NCBI GenBank assembly: GCA_012295275.1
Contig: CM022672.1
Location: 27,094,001 to 27,158,000 of the forward strand
DNA: 64,000 bases
Origin: Chrysomallon squamiferum
Taxonomy: Eukaryota; Animalia; Mollusca
Direction of reading: 5' to 3'
Translations under genes and position numbers: made by a program
Notes under the pieces: generated by a model
Seen by the model: the letters and a program-made list of their open reading frames with translations, nothing else
Database searches by the model: none
Told to the model about the DNA's origin: nothing
In this document: positions 1-15,972 of the stretch, in pieces
Position numbering within the stretch: position 1 is the stretch's first letter
Layout of the letters: each line of letters opens with the position of its first letter

Positions 1-432
1 TGCCAATCTCTACTTAACAAATAATTTTTTTAAACTGAACTAAAGCATTATAAACTGTGTGAATCATAATACAGATAATGCCACTTAATTTACTATTGAC
101 ATATCCTGTTCATAGTTTGATTTGTAAAGAGTTGAAGCTGGTGGTTTTGGTGTTTGATACTTGCATGAGACTACTTTGCAAACAAATCAATACCACCAGT
201 GATGGTTTGTAAATAACTTCCATAAAATGTCTAATAATTTAAGTAAATATATTTTTAATGATATTTTAAATTACCTTATTACGTACATCTAAAATTAATG
301 TATTTTATGCTGTATCATGAAAAATATTTTACAGCACATTTCAAATTATGATATTTTCTGTAGTATCTTAAATTGTATTTTATACTGTATGTCAAAATGT
401 ATTATATATTTTTACTATATTCTCAAATTAGG

Positions 433-491
433 TGTGTATGTGTGTATGTATGTATGTATGTATGCATTTTTGTATGTGTGTTATGATGTGT

Positions 492-548
<57 letters not shown>

Positions 549-565
549 TTTGTATGTATGTATGT
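433..565. repeat. Compound (TATG)n/(TG)n microsatellite
   Basis: Pure TG run at about 495-545, flanked by TATG units. Confidence 0.95.
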
Positions 566-1559
566 GATCATATATCATGATATCTATATAATCTATGAGT
601 GTGTTCTGTATGAATAACAGACAATAACATATAGACCAACAGAAGTATATATAAATAAAAATACACAACAATTAAATGTACCCACACAAGAACCTCACCC
701 AGTTGACACATACATATCAGCTTACAACAGTACAACAAAAGCTGTTACATAATTTAAAAAAAGGAAAGAAATGCCAGTAGAGAACACTCACTGAGAAGGT
801 GAATATGAAGGATGTTGCATGCAGTGACAGGAGATCCCAGCATGACCCTACAGCTGCCTCAGTGACAACACTCAGTTACTTCATCTACTGCGTTATCTCA
901 CACTGGCGCTCTGCCAACATCGCCAACAATGGTTTGTCCTGCCAACTGACAGTAAACAACAATAGAGGTGTGTGTGTGTGTGTATGTATCATTTAATTAT
1001 TATTATATATATATATTAGTATAATGTGTATGTCTATGCATGTATTTTACACACACATACATGATACATTATATACATGCACATACACGTATACTGATAC
1101 ACCTAATAAAACATAAACACACATCTGGAGGGATGGGTGGATGATTGATGGAAGCAAGTATTATATGTATGTATATATGTATGTGAGTGTATGTGTATAT
1201 GTTATGTGCATATGTTTTTTAAGTAGCATATATGTGTCTGCTCATTTGTTAGATAATAGAAAAGAAAACAGGATAAATAAATAAATAAATTGATTAATTA
1301 ATAACCAGTTACTAAAATAGCTATTTTGTTAATCAATTCACTGTTTGCATTTTTATTAATATGTTCCCCTTTTATCAACAAGTGAAATATTCTTGCTTCC
1401 TTCTTTGTATTCTTTTTTTTAACAGAGAAATCTTAACCTAATGTACTGAACAATTTGATCAATTTCCAGGATCGTTTATCAAATTATGTTTTATTTTTCA
1501 ATTTCAGTTTTAAATTTAAATTTTATTATCTTCTCTATTGATTTAAAAATCTGAAAACA

Positions 1560-1681
1560 AAAAAATTTAAAAACAAAATAAAAATAAAAATAAACATAAA
1601 ATAAAAAAAATAAAATAAAATAAAATAAAATAAAATAAAATAAAATAAATAAAAATAAAAATAATAGTAAAAAAAAAAATG

Positions 1682-1728
<47 letters not shown>

Positions 1729-1745
1729 TATATAAATAAATAAAC
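1560..1745. repeat. (AAAAT)n/(AAT)n low-complexity tract
   Basis: Seen directly. Confidence 0.9.
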
Positions 1746-2562
1746 CTTAATAACCATTACTGATAAATCCTATCATGTTTTTTTTTTGTTTTTTTTTTTC
1801 ATCACATTTCTCATTTAAGGCATCCACCCATCTCAGTTATATACTCTCAGTAAATTTAATTTTATGGATGTAATAAAAAGAGAAAAATAATGAACTTTCC
1901 ATTACAAACACAAATGTAATTTTTACACACATTTAAAGCCCTCAGTTACTTGGTGTATTACACCCTGGAGGACTTGATCAATAATAATGTCTGAATATAA
2001 GAAGGAAAAAAAAGCTATAAAGTGGAATGACAAATACTTTGCCTACTCTAAGGCAATTCTCAACAAATTTCATATCTGAGACAAAAAAGAAAAAAAAAGA
2101 AAAAATCATCCATTGATCAAAACATTATATCATCTGCATGTAATGTTTAAAGGAATTAGTAAAGTATTTAAGTCTCTAAATTTATGGTTTCTGTTTTGCT
2201 GGGTCAATGCAAGAGAAAATATTTTCATTTATCTTTATATTGAACAGGTTAAAGAACAAATATATCGTAACAGATCAATAGAGGTTAGAACATGATGCAC
2301 ATGGTAAACAAAACATGTTTTCATTGAGGCTGTGTTTATCTTGTGTATGTGTATTTTCAGAAAACTTTAAAAATATGCTTGCTGAATCAAACTAAACACA
2401 CAAACATTTTTGTGTATGCTGTTTAAATTACCAGAATGATGAAAGGGAAGTAAGTGTGCCTTTAAAATAAAATTAAAAAAAACCCCCAAAAACCCAAACA
2501 ATATGTATTCTTCCAAATGTTAAAAAAAAAATAAAAAACAAACAAACAAACAAATAAAATCT

Positions 2563-2594
<32 letters not shown>

Positions 2595-4220
2595 GCTTAA
2601 TTAATTAATTAACTAAAATATTAATTGGTTAAACACAGGACGTTCATATTGTATGTTGTTAATCAGTCCTTGATGTTAGCAGAAATTATCCCAAATCCAC
2701 TGTAACTATGAGGAAAAATGATGGTGTTATAATATTTGTGTAACAGAATTAATTTATTATTACACTTTATTATTAGCAAATAGTAGCACAGAGGTATTCA
2801 AAACCATCTTACAACTTCCGGTTGTACCATTAAAGATAAGATTTTACACTCTATTTCAAAATAGTATCTGTTTGTTCTTTTAGGTTTAACAACATTCTTA
2901 AAATTAGATATTTTAAATTTATCATGTCTATGCATAGATATGTTCAAATATTTTTTTTTTATTATTTAAAAATGTCAGTGTAACCTTTAGACAGCTTAAT
3001 GGTTAAAATGCTGGAGTAACGTTTGATGGGATACAGGAAGATGTTGCACTTCAGACAATATTGATTTATCACTGATTATGGTATGTGCTGCCATGTTTAT
3101 GGGAGGTTTATATAAACAACGCCTTACTAAGAATTGATAAAAGCATGGCCGTAACTACATTGAGGCAAATGCATCATACCGAAATTGACGATTTAAAAAC
3201 AAAAACAAAACAATTTTTTTTTCTACAAACATTTTATTTTAAAAATATAAAATATAAATCTCTGTTTCGATAGAAACGATATCCACCGAATGATTTCGGC
3301 CCCGACACCCTTCGCCCAAATCTTTTTGCCCCGCTACGCTCGGCGATTAAGTGTTTTTGCCTCATTTCAACAGTCTATATATTGCCATGAATTTTTTTTT
3401 TTTTTTTTTTTTTACTCCTCATATGATCATTATACTATTAGTTTTTGAGGTATTATTAAACAAATATTTCTTCAATTCCATCTTCAGTCTCATTGACATT
3501 TGTTTCGTGTTTGATGAACTTGTACAGCTTCGACATTCGGATTAAAACAAACGTTTACACAGAAACCCAGTCTTAGTAGATTTATTTTACACAGTAATAA
3601 TTATTAAGCTTTAATTTTATTATTACACTTTACAGTAACTTCAAGAAATATATATATATTTTAAAAAACGAAGATTAAAAAATCAAATAAATCATTATTA
3701 TTATTAGTAGTAGTAGTATTTTTTTATACATTAATAAAACAGAATTAAATCAAGTTATTATTTTTATTGTTATTGTATTATTATTGCACTTGCTGTTGTT
3801 AATTTGCTTGATCAGTTTCTGGTGGAATCATGCTGAAAATTATCTTCTAAATATTCTTTGATAATACATAATTGTAACAATGTGAACCAGTTTAATAAGT
3901 TATTTTTAACACAACATTACGTAAAACACTGTACAATTTAATTTGTCTTCTTTTTCTGGATTTAGTTTAATAATAATAATAATAATAACAATAACAATAA
4001 CAATAACAACAACAACAACAATAACAAATAAAAATAGAACCGAGAAAATGGAGATAAGCGTTCAGATCCGATACAATATTAAACTTCATCGATAGTCTTC
4101 TTTCTTTCTTTCTTTCATTTTTTATTTTTTATTTTTTTAATGTGTGTGGCAATCTATCTATATCTGTTCTTGCACACTACTTTCTATAATGAAACCGAAA
4201 ATATCGATTTCTTTTTCAAA

Positions 4221-4256
4221 ATGGCGTCCATGAGGGAATTGCAACAAGAAATAAAA
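4221..4256 (+). CDS. ASB exon 1 (MASMRELQQEIK)
   Basis: ATG in good context (caaaATGG); phase-0 donor GTATAT at 4257 fits the phase-0 acceptor at 5188; lies in a CpG-enriched region. Confidence 0.65.
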
Positions 4257-6061
4257 GTATATAAATTAATTTTGCTTAAATATTATGCTCAAAATGGTTT
4301 TAGATAATATTATATATTAATTAACCTATTTATTTTTAAAGCAGACATATTTTATATTTTATTTATACCTCGGGGGAAAAATAAATAAGAAAAAATTGAT
4401 TCATGGTTTTATGTGTTGTATTACTGAAAATTACCATTTTTCGTATCTGTGATCACGAACTGACAAAATATTAACACAGAGACTTCGTACGAGATTAAAA
4501 CAACATATAGTAAGCTTCTGCATACAGTTATATAATATATTCTCGCGGAACGTGAATATGGTAGAACTATGTAGTATGCCTATGACACTGTTAATGATCG
4601 GAACAATTTGCATTTGCTGCGCAGTAATACTTGCTGAACATTAGAATGATGGATAACAATGGAAAAATACCAAATAATGAAATAAGAATTCTAACTAAAT
4701 ATATATTTATTTATTATATTTTTATTTTTTAAATAATAAATTATATATGTATAAAGACACACACACAGAGTTTTGTTTCAGTTTTTTTATTTTTTAACAG
4801 TTGCAATACAGTTACTACTATTTTCCAAACATTTATGTATAATGTGGTATTATTCATTTTTTGTTCTATAATATAATCCTTCCACATAATGATAATATTA
4901 CTAAAATCTGAATGGTTTATACACTTGTTACTGAGGTATCGTTTATTACACTATTTACTATATAAAATTCTTTAAAGTGATATTTTATTCTGTTTTATTT
5001 TTGGTAACATAAAAGCATCAGGGCAAAACTTTTTCAACTGCTGATAAAAAAAAATTATGACTTTAAATAGTCTCACCCTTTCTCTGTTCTCTTGTTTTCT
5101 TTATTTCTGGATGCTTAGGTGCAGTTTCCAATGCTTCTTTCTCCTTTGTCCTAACATATATTTTTATCTTTCAATGATATAATTGCAGGAAGCTGGATTG
5201 GAAATAGCTTTCTGGAAGAGGAACAGACATTCTAACAACCAGAGAGACCTTCTAGATGCAGTTCAGAGACGAAATGTAGAAAAAGTTAAGCGTCTCATAG
5301 GGAAGGGCACTGATCCAAATTTTACTGATGAAAAAGGAAATTATCCCATACACATTGCTGCAGGGCTGCCATTGTTAGGAGGTACAGTTTTGGATATCAT
5401 GCTATTTCTAACATATATTTTTATAAAGTTTTTCAATAAGATAAAATTTTATGGTTATTCATTTTGATCAAACCAACTTCTATTTTATATATGCATATAA
5501 TTTTTTATATTTAAGAGATTAGTCTTTCAGTAGTGTTGTTGATTTCAGTATTCCCTAATCTTTTCAAAACAGTATTTAAAAGATCACATTTGAACATGTA
5601 TTTTACACATTATCCATACGTATGTGTGTGTGTGTGTGTGCGTGTGTGTGTATGTGTGTGTGTGAGTGTGTTTCTGTGTTTGTTATTTGCAAATACTTTA
5701 CTCCTTTTTAATGCCTGGTAACTAGGAATGATGACAATTAAATTCATGGATACGTAGGTGTCTGTTACTTATCAGCGCAGGCAAATGTATATCGTTACAA
5801 TCATCTTTACAATAAACAGTTGCATTTACCATGAATTTATTCAAAAGTGCATGTAGGTATGTATTTCATTTATAAATATGTCTGTTACTTTTAAATGTTT
5901 GATTCATTGTTATTTAGAGTGACTACATTTTACAAAAAACTGGATACATACCGGGTTATGTGCATGTGTGCATGTGTATGAGTGAGAGTATGTGTATGTA
6001 AATTATCCTTGAATGTATGTCTTTATGTACATTTCTACACAACTATATATAAGTGTATATA

Positions 6062-6110
<49 letters not shown>

Positions 6111-8354
6111 ATATGTTTTATTTTATATTGATCTTTAAAAGGTGCTCAAGAGATAATAACAACGCTGGTATATTTTGGTGCATCTCTTGATGTGAGAGAT
6201 AGATTTGGCCGCACTCCGTTACACATTGCAGCCAGTTTATCAGCTGAAAGAGTTTTAGTTCTCTTAGAAACTGGATGTTCCATCAATGAACAAGATGTTG
6301 CAGGTACTTATGCAGTTGTATTTATAACTATTTTAAATCAATGATCCTAAAATGTAGCAAATTATGACAAACATATTGATGACTTAAATATTAAAACAAA
6401 AATAATTAAAGGTACTTTTTGACATTCTGCAAGAGGCACTACTTCAGTTTCAGTCTTATATGAGACATGCAAATAAAACTAGTTGTGTCTAACTTAAATA
6501 TAGTATAATTAGTACTAGAGTCAGATTTAAAGTTATCAACACCTAATTTGGTAGTTGCAAAGGCTGACTTAGTTTGAAAACAACTTCAAGCGTATTCTTT
6601 GAACATTACAATATAAAACTTGTAATTGAAAAAGTAGCCATTGAATGGGTTTTCCCTTTTGGGTTTCATATTCACATATTCAGTCATGTGTATGTATATC
6701 TAATTTACCTTGATAAAAGAATAACATATCTCATTTTAATTGTGATTTGTTCTACCAAGGTCGAACAGCCCTAATGGAAGCATGTAGCAGTGATGGTACT
6801 GATGCTCTTTCTGTGGTACAGATTCTATTAGATAGAAATGCCATCCCTGGTCTCAGAGATCAAGAGGGATTATCAGGTTTAGCAGTTATTTTTATTATCG
6901 TTTATTTATTTATTTATTTATTTTACTTTTTATTTATTTATATATTTTATTTTTATTTCCTTGTTTAAATGTTCATTTATTTATTTATTTGTTTGAATGA
7001 TTGATTTTTTATATATTTCTTTTTCTTCTTTTTCTTCTTCTTATTATTATTTGCTATTTAATTTTTGTGTTGTTAAAGTTTCAAATGAGTTATTTATTTA
7101 TTTATTTATTTATTTTATAATTTTAACATCCAGAGAAGATAATTATTTTGGTGATGTGAATTTTGTTTAATCAATAAAATTAATCAGCCTTTACTGAAAA
7201 GATTTAAGTAAGTAATGAATTAAGGATAATGAATTAAGGAAAATGAATTATGATAAAATGTTATTTAGCATATGGATTTGAAGGTAGAAATGGCATCCAA
7301 TATCTTTTTCAATTTAAATAAAACATCTTTCATAATAATAGTATAACAAAACATCAAGTTTCAGTTAATGTAACTTTGTAACTTTTGATCTGTTTGGTTT
7401 CAGCTCTCCATTACATTTGTAAAAACTTGAAGCAAGATCGAATTGTCAGAAATGAAATAATCTGTAAACTGCTTTATGCTGGTGTTTCTGCCACTGTCTC
7501 AGATAAAAGTGGTTTGTATTAATTAAATTTAACCATTTGCAGCTACTTTAATAATAATATAAAGAAAAATTGAACAATTATATGTAGTAGTTAAAGACAT
7601 AATGAGTTAATGGCAATTAAGACTGTCACTTAATTTATTAGAAAATAAATCAAATCTGTATTTGCATTAGGCATACATGTAACTGAAAAATTCTGCTTTG
7701 TTTTCTCCACTTGCTTAATCAGAAGTAAAATAATAAATTTATTATATTCCATTCTTAAAATAATTAAAAAAAAAAAAAAAGTTTGACTCTTTACAACATA
7801 ATAATGTTAGTAATTTTAGTCAACATTATGCATGAGTTCTAAAAAACAAATATACATACATAGAATAAACATTTTTATTTGGTTGAATATTTTAATTTAT
7901 TTTTAATTTTTTTTAAATAGGAAAAATGCCATTATGTTATGAGCTGGACAAATTTGTGCATGTTCCAAGAAGATATTTCAAAGACCGTGACTTCCTTGTA
8001 ACACAGACTTTGATACAGGCAGGTGCAAACTACAACAGTCGAAACAAAATACATGAGAAATGGGTTAGAAGAGCTGTCACTTATTCACAGCTGAACTTTT
8101 TAAAGGCACTGCTTGTCTTAGTTCAGCCAGTACTTAGTCTGAAGGCTGCAAAACAGGTTTATCACATATGGAACACTCGAGAAGAAAAGGATGATGAAAT
8201 TTTGGCAGAACTGCAGATTCTAATAACAAATCCATCATCACTGAAATCTCTGTGCCGCACTGTGTTGAGAGATGAATTAAAAGGAAAATTATTTGTTAAA
8301 GTCGACCAGTTGCCATTGCCCCAGTCTTTGAAGAGTTATATTCTGGTTAAATGA
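4221..8354 (+). CDS. Ankyrin repeat and SOCS box-containing protein (ASB family), whole gene span, 6 coding exons, 349 aa
   Basis: Exons 4221-4256, 5189-5381, 6142-6303, 6760-6876, 7404-7511 and 7921-8354 join GT-AG in frame (1050 nt). Ankyrin motifs: GNYPIHIAA, GRTPLHIAA, GRTALMEAC, GLSALHYIC. C-terminal SOCS box PSSLKSLCRTVLR...LPLPQSLKSYIL. The specific ASB paralogue cannot be assigned by eye. Confidence 0.9.
5189..5381 (+). CDS. ASB exon 2 (first ankyrin repeats)
   Basis: ttgcag acceptor; EAGLEIAFW...GTDPNFTDEKGNYPIHIAAG; donor GTACAG at 5382. Confidence 0.9.
6064..6106. repeat. (AT)n microsatellite in ASB intron 2
   Basis: Seen directly. Confidence 0.95.
6142..6303 (+). CDS. ASB exon 3 (ankyrin repeat; absent from the ORF track)
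   Basis: GAQEIITTLVYFGASLDVRDRFGRTPLHIAASLSAERVLVLLETGCSINEQDVA; AAG acceptor, GTACTT donor, phase 1-1. Confidence 0.9.
6760..6876 (+). CDS. ASB exon 4 (ankyrin repeat)
   Basis: GRTALMEACSSDGTDALSVVQILLDRNAIPGLRDQEGLS; phase 1-1. Confidence 0.9.
7214..7255. repeat. 14-bp tandem repeat x3 (AATGAATTAAGGAW)
   Basis: Units start at 7214, 7228 and 7242. Confidence 0.85.
7404..7511 (+). CDS. ASB exon 5 (ankyrin repeat)
   Basis: tttcag acceptor; ALHYICKNLKQDRIVRNEIICKLLYAGVSATVSDKS; phase 1-1. Confidence 0.88.
7921..8354 (+). CDS. ASB exon 6 with SOCS box (about 8232-8351) and stop
   Basis: aaatag acceptor; BC box SLKSLCR and Cul5-type box LPLP; TGA ends at 8354. Confidence 0.93.
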
Positions 8355-11300
8355 TGTTTGGTAAACTTTGGTGTCCTTTTGGTTTTTGGCTTGGAATCAA
8401 ATAAGGTGCTGTTTTGTTTTAAATTTTTTATGGAAAGGAATAAAGCTTTAAAACTATGTTTTAATAAATTTCTTATAAATATTTACCATACTTCAGTGTC
8501 ATGCAGTATTTTGAAAAAAGCATTTATATTTGCTGTTACATAATTTTTTTGTAAAATATTAGGTTTTAGATAAATTATCTTAATAATGGATTTAAAAAAC
8601 CCCCAAAAAACCTTTTTAAAGTCATTTGTATAAAATATCTTTTTACCAATGATTTAATTTATTTTATACTTCTTGTTCATATCAGGAGGTAAATTATAAA
8701 TAAATTGCCATATCATTAATAAAATTGGTTATTTCTTATTATGCCCATCTCACTCTCACAGGACATTAATAAATGTTACAACCATTTTATTCTGTTGAAA
8801 CTAGTTTAATCAATTTTGAATGTATTATTTAAATTTTTACTAATGTATTTTGTGTGTGTGTGTGTGTGTCTAGATAGCTAGATAAAGATACAAACACAAA
8901 TAAATATGTACTTTACATTTTGTTCTTGAAGTGACATATCCCCTCCCCAAATCTGTTAACAGTTTTGACTTGTCATAATACCACATTAATGGCAAGTCAT
9001 TTAAATTGTTCTGTTCAACTTTGTGATTAAAACACAATCATTTTTTTTATTTTGAGAGAACACATTCAAAATCTACAGTATCAAAGACGTTTTAAAATAA
9101 GTTTTACAGGATTCATTTGTTCTGTGCAGTCATACACAATCATTTTGTTTTTAAAAAGTATGCCAATTTCTATGTATATTCAACAATCTTGTATCGTATT
9201 ATCTATATTGCATGATTAAATTAAAAAAATGTGTTGATATATTACTTTACCACCATCCAAAAGTATAGTATTGATTATTGTAATCACTTCCATGTCCCCC
9301 CCCCCATTACTTATGTGTTGACCCAATGCTTTGCTGTCTGCAGGTGGATTTATCCAAAATATTTATCAAGACTAAAGTAACTGATCATGTCAAACAGCCC
9401 CTTATTGGTCACTTAAAATAAAATGTTTACTGTTGTAATACATTTCAACTATAAATGTAAAAGAAAATTTGTTCATTGAAGACGTGACATTAAATTTTCA
9501 ATAATTAATAATTAATTGAGTTGGTATTTATATTATCGATTGTGACCTCTAGATGCAAGATGGTCTTTTACAATACTTCCATTAATAGGTTTTCTCCCCA
9601 TCAGAATGTATTTTGTGATCTGTATTCTTATTGATACAGTTTTTCAGCATTCTCTCAAAAGGTTATCTGGTGTTTTTACACATGTAAAGAAAATTATAAT
9701 TACCATAAAAAGATGAAGTGCAGCATTGTATAAAGTTTATTCCATAAATAAGATTTACAGAAACACTGTTATCAATTCATTTACATTAATTAAAAATTGT
9801 CATTCTAACCAATTCATGTAGGTGAATTTAGGACAAAATACAACACCATTTATTCATGACATCTTTATTTTTTGACATTTTTGCGATTGTTTGCAATGTA
9901 ACATGATAAAAATTGTTTTATTTTTAATATGAAACACTTAAAAAAAAATAATAATAAAAAAAAATAAAAAAAAAAAAAAAAATTAAATAATTAAAACAAT
10001 AAAAAAATAATTAAAAACAAAAACACAAAAAGTATGAACTCCTGGTATAAAACATGTTTGTTCAACACCTGCCCAGCTTTGACCTGTCTGCATAAGAAAT
10101 CAGACATGAAATAATTGGTCCAACAACAATTATTTTTTTTTCAAATTTATTTACAACTGTAAAACTGTTTCAAATGTCAAATGTACTTTTTAACCATTCT
10201 GCATGCAATGGATATTTATAGATTTTTAAAATTTTATTAATGTTTACATCCATGCACACACAATTCTAACCTAAATTTTGTTAAAAGCTGGAAAACCAAA
10301 ATAAAATTACAATTTATCCATCTTTCAGTATTCTGTTAAATAGAAGTCTAAATGCTGTTGAAGTATTTAAACATGTCTAAGCTAAAGTAAGAATTCCACA
10401 ATTGTTTTAGTTAAAAAGTATCTGAACTACTTAAATCTAAAAACCTGATTAGTATCACTTCTGTATTAAGTTCTTTTTTTTTTTAGACCAATTGTTAATA
10501 TCAAAAGTGACTCTTTGCTCAGTTAAATGACCAACTTTTGTAACAAACAGAATAGCCAGTAAACAATATATAACTGAAAGCTGGATAGATTGAACCAAAC
10601 TAATTTCCCTCAACAAACATGTAACACTGCTTCAGATTTAACTTGTGCTGGCTTTGCTCGGAAATGAAGAAAATGAGTAAAAAAAATAATGATGATGATG
10701 ACGACGATGATAATGTTGAAGTTGAGGATGGTGGTGACAACTCATTGGAATCCTTCAGTCTGGATCAAATGGGACTTGCTGGTCAAGAAAATCACATGGC
10801 AAAATTTCTTAATTATAGAACCTATTTGAAATCAAACTAATACAGGATTTTTTTAATTTAGCCAACTGCAAAGAGCACACTGAATATTTTAGAAACTTCA
10901 TAGGAAAAACAACTGCTAGTGCTGCAAACAGTAGGAGAATCAAAGCAACAGAGTTTACATTTAAAAAGCAAAATGCTCAAAAACTACTCATACTTTAATA
11001 ACAGAAAATCTCCCATATTTGAATGTTTAATTACATACCCTTATTTTTGTTTTTACAAATTATATAGAAGCTAATAGTACTATAAAAAAATAAAAAAAAA
11101 AACAATTTAAGTCATAACATTCACTTTGTTGCTTTGCACAAACTAGTTTTAATGTTAAAAAAAAGGATGTGCTTGAAAACATGAAATGCTATATTAGTTA
11201 TATAAACCATTTAATTTGAAATATGTAACTACTAGTATGAACAAACCATCTATCTATATTATATAAAAATTACCAGTGAAATTTTATTATGAAAGATTAT

Positions 11301-12103
11301 TTATAGATTATGTATAGAGTAAGTGATCCTACCAAACAAAACTAAATTATTTGAGTAAAACTAACACTGGTTAATGCAGAGCAGACAAACAGCAAAATAA
11401 AAATCTGAATTTCATTTGCCCATTAGCAGTTTCATGTGAAGAAATGACATCACATAAACTGGAAAATTTCCTGATGATAAATATACTGCGCATTTAAGTA
11501 GCAGAAAGAATAGAATGCTGTGAATTTCTGGTTATATACAATTGCAAAGGAGGAAAAAAAAGGTCATTTGAAAATATTGTTACTAAACACTGCAGGAGAA
11601 TTATTGGTAATGTAAACAAACAAAACAAACACAGAAACATTTTGAACCTCTATCTATACTGACAACAGAGAAGAAGTTGTTATTATTACGAGCACATCAT
11701 TTTTGTCCTTAACCTTGTTAATGGACACACAGTACTGTTAAATATAATCGTCTTTTTTCTTCACAATTTGTACTTAAAAATCTTTCAATACCACGCAACA
11801 AAAGAGAAAAACAAAATAAAGATCTTTTAAAGGATTATTTCTTTTTGAAACATAAAAGCAATTAATTAAAACATGTCGCAGTCCCTGCAAAAATTAAGTC
11901 TACACAATTGCGGAATGCTGTTTACAAACTGGTTTCCAAGATGAAATCCTTCCCTGGCTGTCAAATCGGGAGGTGTAAAGTTTTTTGAAACCTGCAATGT
12001 GATAATGTGACAAACATGGTTTTGCTGCAGACTGTAAGGCTAATTGATGATGGTTCAATGACATGATGATTGAAATGATGATTAAAATGATTGATGCAGC
12101 CAT

Positions 12104-15928
<3,825 letters not shown>

Positions 15929-15942
15929 GATTTCAGGAAAGC

Positions 15943-15972
15943 GGGGGAAAGAGGGTTTCCCGGCGCATGCGT
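15943..15972 (-). promoter_or_regulatory. SET core promoter: NRF1-like GCGCATGCGT site and TCT/5'TOP-like pyrimidine initiator
   Basis: The minus strand reads ACGCATGCGCCGGGAAA-CCCTCTTTCCCCC-GCTTTCCTGAAATC-ATG. Confidence 0.6.

Noticed and set aside
317-671. ORFs with CVCV/THTH/MYVC repeats (also at 5533, 38079-38442, 50188, 54126-54428 and 60875-61105)
   Set aside because: They are translations of (TG)n, (TATG)n and (TAGA)n microsatellites, with no domain content or splice context
1491-1757. Hydrophobic poly-L/F/I ORFs resembling membrane peptides (also 42254, 44574, 46496 and 55293)
   Set aside because: They arise from (AAT)n/(AAAAT)n low-complexity DNA that happens to lack stops in one frame
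3270-3350. GC/CpG-rich patch with short stems, considered as a tRNA or other small RNA
   Set aside because: No cloverleaf and no box A/B (no GTTCRA); more likely promoter-proximal sequence or a repeat remnant
10643-10840. 65-aa acidic ORF (DDDDDDDNVEVEDGG)
   Set aside because: TTG start, a (GAT)n microsatellite source, no linked exons, and it lies antisense to the probable SET 3'UTR
11875-11900. Sm-site-like AATTTTTG followed by GCAGGGACTGCG on the minus strand (snRNA-like 3' end)
   Set aside because: No upstream snRNA body recognisable, only a 4-bp stem, and it lies in the SET 3'UTR; such motifs are frequent in AT-rich DNA
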